A stretch of DNA of 64,000 nucleotides from Actinomycetota bacterium (GTDB taxonomy: Bacteria > Actinomycetota > UBA4738 > HRBIN12). The stretch spans positions 13,211 to 77,210 of the forward strand of contig JBGGNG010000186.1 of assembly GCA_041287635.1 (NCBI GenBank), in the 5' to 3' direction. Within the stretch, counting starts at the first letter, position 1. Every line of letters starts with the position of its first letter. Under the pieces are notes generated by a model. The model ran no database searches. It was not told where the DNA came from and was given only the letters and a program-made list of their open reading frames with translations. The translations under genes were made by a program, and so were the position numbers. Positions 28,207 to 36,978 of this stretch are shown here, piece by piece.

Positions 28207-28614
28207 ATGGCACGTGAGGCGACGGCGTTCCCCGCACCCGGCACTGAGCTCACGCACATCCTCGTCGTGCGCGACGTGGAAAGGTCCGTCGCGTGGTACC
28301 GCGACGTGCTTGGAGCCGAGCTGTTCCGCGAGTACAGCGGCACGTCGGCGGTCTTCCGGTTCGGTGCCGCCTGGCTGTTGCTCGTGACCGGAGGAGGTCC
28401 AACCGAGGACAAGCCCGACGTGACGTTCGAGCCGCCCAACGCGACCCGTGCGAGCCATTCCGTGACGATCCGCGTCGAGGACTGCCGCAGCGCCTACGAG
28501 ACGCTCACCGCACGCGGGGCCGAGTTCCTCACACCACCTCACGACTGGGGGCACGAGGTCCGCTGCTTCTTCCGCGACCCCGACGGCCACCTGTTCGAGG
28601 TCAGCGAGGTGTGA
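28207..28614 (+). CDS. VOC/glyoxalase family protein
   Basis: ILVVRDVERSVAWYRDVLG...WG..RCFFRDPDGHLFEV. Confidence 0.88.
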   Translation: MAREATAFPAPGTELTHILVVRDVERSVAWYRDVLGAELFREYSGTSAVFRFGAAWLLLVTGGGPTEDKPDVTFEPPNATRASHSVTIRVEDCRSAYETLTARGAEFLTPPHDWGHEVRCFFRDPDGHLFEVSEV

Positions 28615-28795
28615 AGCCGCTCGGGGATCAGTTCGCCTGCTCGATCGCCCGCGCGAGCATGAAATCCGCCTGTTGCTGGAAGCTCTCGACCGACGGCACC
28701 TTCCACGGCCCGAGCTGATCGGCCCGCCCGCGTCGAGCTGTCCCACGTCGGCATCTCGGCGAGGTCGGCGAACGGCGGGCGGAAGGCACCAAGCC

Positions 28796-29605
28796 TCAGG
28801 GTGCGTCGACCGGCTCGAACGACGCCAACAGGACGTCGACCGCGGGCATGAACAGAGCTGCGTTCCATGCCCGCGGCACGGAGACCGAGATCGCGTGGTT
28901 GCGAGCGCCCGAGTCGAGCACGATCGAGAGGAACCTGATCGGGTCGCCGGTCTCGTCGATCGCGGAGCCCGCCACTGACAGCCCCGGAAGTTCGCCGGCC
29001 GTTCGAGGTAGTGCTGCCTCGATCTGCACGTCGGTCCATGCAGCAGCGAGATCGGACACGAACGCATCGGAGGCGGTCCCGACGGCTCCTTCGGGCGCGA
29101 CCTGGATCGAGATCGTGACGGTGCCGCTCGGGCTCATCACCTGGGCGGTCGACGAAGCGCTCAGCACACTCCAACCCGAGGGCGCTCTGAACCCATATCC
29201 GCCCTGGACGTTGACGTAGCGCCCGACCTCCTGACCGAGCCCGGGCTCGACCGGCGACCGGTTCGCCGTGGGTCCACCCATCGCCTCTACCCCGATCCCC
29301 ACAGCGATCAGTGTGGTGAGAACGAGACCGACCACGATGGACAACCGTCGCCACCGGCGGCGCCGACGGTGTGCGGCCTCCTGCTCCAGCCACCGGAACT
29401 CACGCTGTGCGTTGGCCTCCCAGGCGTGCCCGAGCTTGTCGCCGGGTTGCCGCTTGTCCCAGATGTAGTACGTGTCGCCGCGCCGGCCCCAGGAGTATCG
29501 GCGGCCCGTCTCGAAGACCACGGCATCATCCCGTCGCGCGAGGAACCGGCGTCTATGTGGTGCCCGGTGGCGCGGTGATACCGATCGATCAAGCGTCCGA
29601 GACAC
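28796..29605 (-). CDS. Hypothetical single-TM protein with PsbP/DcrB-like C-terminal domain
   Basis: AGGAGG before GTG 29605; poly-Arg then TM helix; GYGFRAPSGW...LLASFE pattern. Confidence 0.6.
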   Translation of the reverse strand: MSRTLDRSVSPRHRAPHRRRFLARRDDAVVFETGRRYSWGRRGDTYYIWDKRQPGDKLGHAWEANAQREFRWLEQEAAHRRRRRWRRLSIVVGLVLTTLIAVGIGVEAMGGPTANRSPVEPGLGQEVGRYVNVQGGYGFRAPSGWSVLSASSTAQVMSPSGTVTISIQVAPEGAVGTASDAFVSDLAAAWTDVQIEAALPRTAGELPGLSVAGSAIDETGDPIRFLSIVLDSGARNHAISVSVPRAWNAALFMPAVDVLLASFEPVDAP

Positions 29606-29743
29606 GCCGTCCCTCCTGACCAGCTCCGTGGGGGGGGTCACGGTAGCCGACGGATGCCGTTCAGCGAAAGCGACAAACTCCGTAGGTCGGAGGGCGGGCG
29701 TCCGCACGCACTCCCGTATCGTCTCTCGCGCTCGTGCGGGCCG

Positions 29744-31321
29744 CTACTTCGTGTCGGCGAGGATCTGGCGGGCGGCGTTGGCCCCGGGACCGCCAGTGAT
29801 GCCGCCGCCCGGGTGGGCCCCGGAGCCGGCGAGGTAGAGCCCCTCGATCTGAAGGCGGTAGCGGGCTTCCCCGTTCAGCGGACGCCAGGCGAAGAACTGA
29901 TCGAGCCCGGGCTCGGCGTGGTAGACGTGGCCGCCGGTGAGGCCGTAGTCGGCCTCCAGGTCCTCGGGCGTGATCACCTCTCGCGCCTCGACGAGCTCGC
30001 CGAGGCCGGGGGCGAACCGCTCCATCGACTTCACCGCGATGTCGGCCACCCCGTTGCGCTCGGAGGCCCAGTCGCTATCGCGGAGCTTCCGCGGCGCCGC
30101 CTGGAACAGGATCGACATCACGTGCTTCCCCTCGGGGGCCAGCGACGGGTCGACGAGCGTGGGGATCGTCGCCTCCAGCGTCGGGTCCTCGGCGACGTAC
30201 CCGTACTTGTTCGCGTCCATCGCCTGCTCGACGTGGTCGATCGACGTGCCGACCACGATGCGGCCCTTCAGCCGCTCGACGTCGTCCGCGCCGTTGAACG
30301 ACGGCAGGTCCGAGAGCACCAGGTTGACCTTGGCGGTCGCGCCCGGCTGACGGATGTTCTCCGCTCGCCACACCTCGTATGGATTCAGCTCCACGGGATC
30401 GCACAGGCGCAGGGTGCGCTTGGGGTCGGCCGCGGAGACGACGAGCTTCGCGTCGAGCTCGGTGCCGTCGGCGAGGGTCACGCCCTGCGCGCGACCGTCC
30501 TTCGAGCGGATCGCGACGACCTCGGCTCCGGTCCGCACGTCGACCCCGCGGGCCCTCGCGGCGGCCTCGAGGGCGCTCGCGAGCGCTCCCGTGCCGCCGC
30601 GGGCGAACACCGTGGTGCCCGCCGCGCCGCCGTCGGTGCCGGCAGAGTCGTTCAAGAAGATGGCCGCGGTGCCCGTCGCCCACGGGCCCATCGACGAGTA
30701 GAGCACGCCGCGGGTCGTCAGCGGACCCCGCACGGCCTCGTCGTCGAAGACCTCCTGCACGAGGTCGGCCACGGCCATCGGCAGCGCGCGGATCGTCTCG
30801 CGCCCGGCCTTGCCGCCGAGGTCGCGGAAAGCCTTCCCGAGCTTCAGCCCCATCATCGCGTCGGCGATCGACGGGGACTTCGCGTCGGGTGGGGTCGCGA
30901 CGTTGATGTAGGCGAGGAAGCTCGCGATCGAGCGCATCTTGGCGTCGAAGCCGCCGAACGCGTCCGCGTCGTGGGCACTGCGATCACGCAGCTCGCTCGC
31001 GGTGCGCGCCGGGTCGCCCCAGAACGTGACGGCCGAGCCGTCGGGCTGCGGGGCGAACATCCGCACGGCGGGCGTGATCGCCTCGAAGCCGTACGACGAC
31101 AGCTGCAGGTCCTTCACGACCGAGGCACGCAGGCGCCCGACCGTGTGCGCGATGCCGGGGGCGGTCACGCCCTCGGCGGGCGAGGTGGTGCGCAGGATGC
31201 CGCCGACCTCGGGCGCCGCCTCGAGCAGCGTGACCGCGCGCCCCGCCTTCGCGAGGTAGGCGGCCGCGACGAGGCCGTTGTGCCCCCCGCCGATCACGAC
31301 GACGTCGGTGCGAGGTGCCAT
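29744..31321 (-). CDS. Phytoene desaturase-family (PYROXD2-like) FAD oxidoreductase, second gene
   Basis: IGGGHNGLVAAAYL, PTLVDPSLAP.GKH, GLTGGHVYH, GSGAHPGGGITG. Confidence 0.9.
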   Translation of the reverse strand: MAPRTDVVVIGGGHNGLVAAAYLAKAGRAVTLLEAAPEVGGILRTTSPAEGVTAPGIAHTVGRLRASVVKDLQLSSYGFEAITPAVRMFAPQPDGSAVTFWGDPARTASELRDRSAHDADAFGGFDAKMRSIASFLAYINVATPPDAKSPSIADAMMGLKLGKAFRDLGGKAGRETIRALPMAVADLVQEVFDDEAVRGPLTTRGVLYSSMGPWATGTAAIFLNDSAGTDGGAAGTTVFARGGTGALASALEAAARARGVDVRTGAEVVAIRSKDGRAQGVTLADGTELDAKLVVSAADPKRTLRLCDPVELNPYEVWRAENIRQPGATAKVNLVLSDLPSFNGADDVERLKGRIVVGTSIDHVEQAMDANKYGYVAEDPTLEATIPTLVDPSLAPEGKHVMSILFQAAPRKLRDSDWASERNGVADIAVKSMERFAPGLGELVEAREVITPEDLEADYGLTGGHVYHAEPGLDQFFAWRPLNGEARYRLQIEGLYLAGSGAHPGGGITGGPGANAARQILADTK

Positions 31322-32923
31322 CTAGGCCGCCCTCCGTCCACGCTTGCGCTGCTTGAGGTACTCGCGGGCCGCGATCATGCCGGGCGCACCCATGATGCCG
31401 CCGCCCGGGTGCGTCGCCGAGCCGCACATCCAGAGGTCCTTCACCGGGGTCTCGTAGCGCGCCCAGCCGGGCACGGGCCGGTTGAAGAACAGCTGCTCGA
31501 GCGAGAGCTCGCCGGCGAAGATGTTCCCTTCGCTGAGGCCCGTGATGTCCTCGATGTCCTTCGGCGTGACGAACTGGTACCCCTCGATCAGCGACCGGAT
31601 GTTCGGGAAGCGCTCCTCGAGCGTGTCGATCACGTTCTGACCGAACGCCTCGCGCTTCGCGTCGTCCCACTGCTCGCCGTCCTCGAGGTGGTACGGGGCG
31701 TACTGCACGAAGCAGCTCATCACGTGCTTGCCGGGCGGCGCCATCGTCGGGTCGACCAGCGTCGGCATGATGCAGTCGATGTAGGGGCGAGCCGAGGGCC
31801 GGCCGTACTTCGCGTCGTCGTAGGCGCGCTCCATGTAGTCGAGCGAAGGCGAGAACGAGATCGCGCCGCGCAGCCACGGGCCGACGCCCGGCTTGCACGC
31901 GAGCTCGGGCAGCCCGTTGAGCGCGAGGTTCACCTTCCCGCTCGAGCCCCGGTACTTGTAGCGCATCACCTCGTCGCGGAACGACGGATCGAGGTCGTGC
32001 TCGTCCAGCAGGTTGATGAAGGTCTGCCGGGAGTCGAGCGAGCTCATCACGACGTCGGCCTCGATCTCCTCGCCCGACTCGAGCACGACGCCGGTGGTGC
32101 GCCCGCCCGCGGTCGCGATGTGCGAGACGCCCGCCTCGGTGCGGATCTCGACCCCGAGCGAGAGCGCGCTGTTCGCGATCGCGTAGGCCACCGACCCGGT
32201 GCCGCCCCGCGGCACGCCCCACGCGCGGAACGCACCGTCGATCTCCCCCATGTAGTGGTGCAACAGCACGTAGGCCGTGCCGGGCGACCGCGGCCCCTGG
32301 AACGTGCCGATGATGCCCGAGGCGCTCATCGTGGCCTTCAACGGCTCGGTCTCGAACCACTGGTCGAGAAAGTCGGCCGCGCTCATCGTCATCAGCTGGA
32401 TGAACGTGGACTGCATCTTCTTCGGGAGGTCCTTGAACGCCTTCGCGAGCGGACCGAGCGGCAGCCAATGACCCGGCGTGATCTTCCCCGTGTCGGGCGG
32501 CGCGATCGACAGGATCGGCTTGATGAAGCGGCCCATCTCGGCCATCAGCTGGCCGTACTCCTCGTAGACCTCGGCGTCGTTCAGGCTCCAGCGACGCAGC
32601 TCGCGCACGTTCTTCCCGTGGTCGTTCACGCGCCAGAGGTAGTCGTCATCCAGGGGCGTGATCGTGCCGTCGAGGGGCAGGATCTCGAGCCCGTGCTTGG
32701 GCAGCTGCAGGTCGCGGATGATCTCGGGACGCAGCAGCGACACGACGTAGCTGAAGACCGAGAACTTGAACCCCGGCACGATCTCCTCGGTGAGCGTCGC
32801 TCCCCCCAGGATGTGCCGGCGCTCGAGCACGAGCACCTTCAGCCCGGCCTTCGCGAGGTAGGCGGCGTTCACGAGCCCGTTGTGCCCGCCTCCGATCACG
32901 ACTGCGTCGTACCGCTTCGCCAT
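31322..32923 (-). CDS. Phytoene desaturase-family (PYROXD2-like) FAD oxidoreductase, first gene
   Basis: IGGGHNGLVNAAYL, SYVVSLLRP, AYVLLHHYMG, GSATHPGGGIMG. Confidence 0.9.
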   Translation of the reverse strand: MAKRYDAVVIGGGHNGLVNAAYLAKAGLKVLVLERRHILGGATLTEEIVPGFKFSVFSYVVSLLRPEIIRDLQLPKHGLEILPLDGTITPLDDDYLWRVNDHGKNVRELRRWSLNDAEVYEEYGQLMAEMGRFIKPILSIAPPDTGKITPGHWLPLGPLAKAFKDLPKKMQSTFIQLMTMSAADFLDQWFETEPLKATMSASGIIGTFQGPRSPGTAYVLLHHYMGEIDGAFRAWGVPRGGTGSVAYAIANSALSLGVEIRTEAGVSHIATAGGRTTGVVLESGEEIEADVVMSSLDSRQTFINLLDEHDLDPSFRDEVMRYKYRGSSGKVNLALNGLPELACKPGVGPWLRGAISFSPSLDYMERAYDDAKYGRPSARPYIDCIMPTLVDPTMAPPGKHVMSCFVQYAPYHLEDGEQWDDAKREAFGQNVIDTLEERFPNIRSLIEGYQFVTPKDIEDITGLSEGNIFAGELSLEQLFFNRPVPGWARYETPVKDLWMCGSATHPGGGIMGAPGMIAAREYLKQRKRGRRAA

Positions 32924-32937
32924 GGGTGCCTCCTGGG

Positions 32938-33042
32938 TGACTCGAGGTCAACGGGGCGTCCCGAATCACGGCCTGGGTCGCCGGTCGCCCATGCTATCCG
33001 GGGGTCCGAACGCCCACCAACAGCCCCCTGACCTCAGGTCAG
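32938..33042. promoter_or_regulatory. Two TGAC-N5-GTCA palindromes in a divergent promoter region
   Basis: TGACtcgagGTCA at 32938-32950 and cTGACctcagGTCAg at 33028-33042. Confidence 0.45.
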
Positions 33043-33135
33043 TTCGTTCCGTGCCGCGGGCCGGCGGCGGTCGGATACCCTACGCGCTGTCGGGCGGCCT
33101 CTCGCGCGCCCCACGACCGACCGAGGAGGTCATCA

Positions 33136-34329
33136 GTGAGCGTGCCCACCGCGTTCTTCCCGCGCCAGGAAGCGCTGAACTCGAAGATGGCCTGGGGCGA
33201 GTGGTCCGGCTACTACTCGGTGCCCGTGTACGCCGACTTCCACGACATCGAGTACAGCGCGATCCGCGAGGCGGCCGCGGTGATCGACATCAGCCCGCTC
33301 TTCAAGTACGAGATCACGGGCCCCGACGCGCAGCGACTGCTCGACCGGGTGATGACCCGCGACATGACGAAACTGCGGGTCGACCGCGTCTTCTACTCCC
33401 CCTGGTGCGACGAGGAGGGCAAGGTCCTCGACGACGGCACGATCGCCCGCCTCGACGACACCACGTACAGCATCACGGCCGCCGACCCCTGCTACCGCTG
33501 GTTCGTGCTGAACGCCACCGGGCTCGACGTCGAGGTCGACGACATCAGCGACCGCACCGCCGCGCTCGCCCTGCAGGGGCGGCTCAGCCGCGAGGTGCTG
33601 CAGGACGCCACGGGCCAGGACTGGACCGACCTGAAGTACTTCGGACGGCGCGTCACCGAGATCGCCGGCGTCGCCGTCGACGTGACCCGCACCGGTTACA
33701 CGGGCGACCGTGGCTACGAGCTCTGGATGGCCGCCGACCAGGCCCTGCCCGCCTGGGACCGTATCTTCGACGTGGGCGAGCGCTACGGCATCTACCCGGT
33801 CGGCATCAACGCGATGGATGTCGCCCGCGTCGAGGCCGGCCTGATCCTGATCGAGGCCGAGTACACGAGCGCCCGTCACGCGGTCGCGCCCGAGCAGCAG
33901 TACTCGCCCTACGAGCTCGGCTTCGAGCCGCTCGTCGACCTCGGCAAAGCGACGGACTTCACGGGGCGTCGCGCGCTGCGCGCCGAGCACGCGGCCGGTG
34001 GTCCCGCCCGTCGGCTCGTCGGCGTCGAGCTCGACTGGCTCGGCATCGAGGCGATGTACGCGAAGCACGGCCTCGCCCCCGCGATCAGCCCCTTCGTGCA
34101 CCGCGACCCGGTGCCGGTCTACAAGGACGCGAAGCAGGTCGGCCGGGCCACCTCGGTCACGTGGGGCACGACGATCAAGAAGATGGTCGGGTTCGGCTCG
34201 GTCGACAAGGGCCACGCGGAGCCTGGCACTCGCCTCAGCGTCGAGTGGAGCGTCGAGGGCGAGCGCGGCAAGGTGGCCGCCACGGTCGTGCCGCTTCCCT
34301 TCCTCGATCTGGACCGCAAGCGCGGCTAG
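33136..34329 (+). CDS. Aminomethyltransferase (GcvT-like, THF-dependent) family protein
   Basis: EY.AIR, DISPLFKY, LDDGTI, RTGYTGDRGYEL, ARVEAG; GAGGAGG SD; no gcvH/gcvP nearby. Confidence 0.9.
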   Translation: MSVPTAFFPRQEALNSKMAWGEWSGYYSVPVYADFHDIEYSAIREAAAVIDISPLFKYEITGPDAQRLLDRVMTRDMTKLRVDRVFYSPWCDEEGKVLDDGTIARLDDTTYSITAADPCYRWFVLNATGLDVEVDDISDRTAALALQGRLSREVLQDATGQDWTDLKYFGRRVTEIAGVAVDVTRTGYTGDRGYELWMAADQALPAWDRIFDVGERYGIYPVGINAMDVARVEAGLILIEAEYTSARHAVAPEQQYSPYELGFEPLVDLGKATDFTGRRALRAEHAAGGPARRLVGVELDWLGIEAMYAKHGLAPAISPFVHRDPVPVYKDAKQVGRATSVTWGTTIKKMVGFGSVDKGHAEPGTRLSVEWSVEGERGKVAATVVPLPFLDLDRKRG

Positions 34330-34395
34330 CGCGCCTTCCGTCGCAACGGGAACGCCACACGCACCTGCATCTGCAGCGAGGGCGCCTCTGGGAAC

Positions 34396-36306
34396 ATGGA
34401 GGTGTCCATGGAACGACGCCCTGACATCCGTGCCCTGATCGTGTTCGCGGCCCTCGCCGGGCTCCTCGGGCTCGTCGTGGGCATCGCCGGATCGTGGGTG
34501 CTCGGCGTCTCGATCGGCCTGATCACGCTGGCGCTCGGGCTCGCGATCAGCGTCTGGGGGCCCGGCCGTTCGGCCGGCGGCGACGCGGATCCCGGGCGCC
34601 GCAACCTGCTCGTGGCCGCCGGCCTCGGCGGGCTCGCCTGGGCGGTCGCCGGGCCATCGGTCGGGTGGGCCGCTCGCAAGCTCGGCCGCCCCGATCCGCG
34701 CCCGGTCCAGGAGGCGATGGCCACCGGCCTCGGCTCGGAGTACATGGAGCTCGTTCGGCGCACGTTCATACCGCGTCGCTCGGGCGACCTGCAGCTGCTG
34801 CTCGGCCCGTACAACAGCTCGAACTACCCGCAGGAATCACTCTCGCTCGTGCCGCAGGACCCGCGGACGAGCCATGCGAGCGTCTGGATGTACCTCGAGC
34901 GGATCCCCCTCGTCGTGCACGCGCCCGGGCGGGTCTCGCCGAGCGACTCCGAGCAGCGGGTGACGCTCGCCGACCTGGCGCCGACGACCGCGCAGCTGAT
35001 CGGCTACGACGGTTGGCCCGGAGACCGTGACGGGACGCCGCTGCCCCTGTCGACCGCGAGCACGACGCCCCCCCGGGTCGTCGTGACGTACGTGATCGAC
35101 GGCGGCGGGTGGAACGTGCTGCGAGCCTTCCCCGACGATTGGCCGAACCTCAGGACGCTCATGGGCGAGAGCGCGAACTTCCGCAACGCGATCGTGGGGT
35201 CGTTCCCCGCGGTGACGGCCTGTGCGCACGCGACGATCGGCACGGGCTCCTTCCCGAACGTCCACGGCATCACCGGACACAACCTGAGGGACGCGGACGG
35301 CGTCGTGCGCAAGGCCTACCGCGAACCCGGCGCCGCCGACCCGAGCGACATCTACATCCCGACGCTCGCCGACCTGTGGCACGAGGAGACGGGTGCGTGG
35401 GTCGGTCAGATCGGCTACCAGGTGTGGCATCTCGGCATGCTCGGCTACGGCGGACGCGACCGTCCGTCGGACGACCTCCCCGTCGGGGTGTACTGGGACG
35501 AGGACGGTTCCCAGCGCTGGGAGCCCCACAACCCCGACCTCTACCGCCTGCCCTCGCTGATGCCGGATCCCGGCAACTACGAGCGGTACCTGGCGGAGTT
35601 CGTCGATCCGGGGTGGGATGCGGAGTTCACGCCCGTCGGTCGGCAGTCGCCGTGCTGCCGACCGCCGATCGTGCGGTACCAGGACGACGTGCTCGCGACC
35701 TGCATGGTCTGTGAGAGCGTCGGCATGCACGAGGCGACCGATCTTCTCTACACGACCTACAAGTCGCCGGACTACACCGGCCACGTCTACGGCATGGGGT
35801 CGCGATGGACCGGGCTCCAGCTGCGGGCCGTCGACCAGCAGATCGGGCGGCTGAAGGAGCGACTCGACAACGCCTTCCCCGACGAGTACGCACTCATCGT
35901 GACGGCCGACCACGGGCAGTGCCCGCTCCCGGACTCGGTGGGCGGCGTGCGGCTCGACCCGATCCAACTCGAGCGGTTCATCGAGTCACGGTTCTCGGGC
36001 GTGACCGGTGTCGTCGAGAGCGTCGTGCCGTCGGAGGTCTTCCTGAACGTCGACCGGTTGCGCGACAACGGCGGGGCGACGATCGAGGACGTGGCCGCGT
36101 CGCTCGCCGACTACCGCTACCGGCAGAACATCGGCGCGTACGTGCCGCGCAGCGCCGTGGAGCAGGACCTGCTCGATCAGAAGGAGTTCGCGGCGGTCTT
36201 CGGCACGACGTTCCTCGAGTCGCTCCCCGGTCGCGACCTCGCCGAGTACGGCGACACCGCCTACGCCGACGGCGACCCCGACGGCATGCCCGGCCCGCTC
36301 ATCTAG
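34396..36306 (+). CDS. Membrane-anchored PafA-like alkaline phosphatase superfamily protein, circularly permuted
   Basis: VIDG, nucleophile T in PAVTACAHATIGTG, PDYTGH, TADHG; the normally C-terminal block RSGD...SHAS...IPLV...DLAPT precedes them. Confidence 0.85.
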   Translation: MEVSMERRPDIRALIVFAALAGLLGLVVGIAGSWVLGVSIGLITLALGLAISVWGPGRSAGGDADPGRRNLLVAAGLGGLAWAVAGPSVGWAARKLGRPDPRPVQEAMATGLGSEYMELVRRTFIPRRSGDLQLLLGPYNSSNYPQESLSLVPQDPRTSHASVWMYLERIPLVVHAPGRVSPSDSEQRVTLADLAPTTAQLIGYDGWPGDRDGTPLPLSTASTTPPRVVVTYVIDGGGWNVLRAFPDDWPNLRTLMGESANFRNAIVGSFPAVTACAHATIGTGSFPNVHGITGHNLRDADGVVRKAYREPGAADPSDIYIPTLADLWHEETGAWVGQIGYQVWHLGMLGYGGRDRPSDDLPVGVYWDEDGSQRWEPHNPDLYRLPSLMPDPGNYERYLAEFVDPGWDAEFTPVGRQSPCCRPPIVRYQDDVLATCMVCESVGMHEATDLLYTTYKSPDYTGHVYGMGSRWTGLQLRAVDQQIGRLKERLDNAFPDEYALIVTADHGQCPLPDSVGGVRLDPIQLERFIESRFSGVTGVVESVVPSEVFLNVDRLRDNGGATIEDVAASLADYRYRQNIGAYVPRSAVEQDLLDQKEFAAVFGTTFLESLPGRDLAEYGDTAYADGDPDGMPGPLI

Positions 36307-36317
36307 TCCGCACTGGA

Positions 36318-36950
36318 CTACCAGCCCCGGTCGATCCACTCCTGCAGGTGCGGCGCCTCAGCGCCCACCGTCGTGGAGTCTCCGTGCCCCGGATACACGT
36401 CGGTCTCGGGCGGCATGATCAGGATGCGCTCGCGGATCGACGCGATGATCACCTCGAAGTCGCCCAGCTCGTCACCCGTCGAGCCCGGACCGCCCGGGAA
36501 CAGGGTGTCGCCGTCGAACAGATCGTGGCTCGCGGTGTGGTGGAAGCACACGCTCCCGGGAGTGTGGCCCGGTGTGTGCAGCACCCGGAGCTCGACGCCG
36601 TCGGCCACGAGCAGGTCGCCCTCGGTGAGGTCTTGGTCGGGCGTTCGGTCGGGGTGGGTCCGCCGCCAGACGGGCGCGTCGGCGGGGTGCAGCAGGATCG
36701 GCGCGTCGACGGCATCCCGCAGGTCGAACGCGACGTCCACGTGGTCCCAGTGCGCGTGCGTGCAGGCGATGGCGGTGACACGGCGGCCGGCGACCGCGTC
36801 GAGGATCGCGGCGTCGTCGTGCGAGGCATCGATCACGAGCACCTCTGCGTCGCCGCCGACGACCCAGACGTTGTTCTGCACCTCGGTCGGCCCTTCCCCC
36901 GGATAGTCTCGGGTGGCGACGGTGCTGACGACGTCGATGCGCAGAGCCAT
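36318..36950 (-). CDS. MBL-fold hydrolase (glyoxalase II-like)
   Basis: THAHWDH, HTPGHTPG, GDTLF, PGHG. Confidence 0.9.
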   Translation of the reverse strand: MALRIDVVSTVATRDYPGEGPTEVQNNVWVVGGDAEVLVIDASHDDAAILDAVAGRRVTAIACTHAHWDHVDVAFDLRDAVDAPILLHPADAPVWRRTHPDRTPDQDLTEGDLLVADGVELRVLHTPGHTPGSVCFHHTASHDLFDGDTLFPGGPGSTGDELGDFEVIIASIRERILIMPPETDVYPGHGDSTTVGAEAPHLQEWIDRGW

Positions 36951-36978
36951 GACGCCATCGTACCGAGCCGCCGACGAC

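Noticed and set aside
29600-29700. c-di-GMP-I riboswitch (ACGGTAGCCG, GAAA)
   Set aside because: GGCAAA/GCAAA elements are missing and the orientation is opposite to the downstream gene
29744-32923. Carotenoid biosynthesis (crtI)
   Set aside because: No crtB/crtE/crtY nearby; GHNGL and HPGGG motifs fit the PYROXD2-like subgroup
29654-33031. 1125-aa plus-strand ORF, and similar long ORFs such as 39600-43997, 2784-4727, 8545-10668 and 53498-55336
   Set aside because: Antisense or off-frame shadows of well-supported genes; expected in high-GC DNA and lacking motifs
32924-33135. Glycine riboswitch upstream of the GcvT-like gene
   Set aside because: Only CTCAGG is present; no GGAGA...CCGAAG aptamer core
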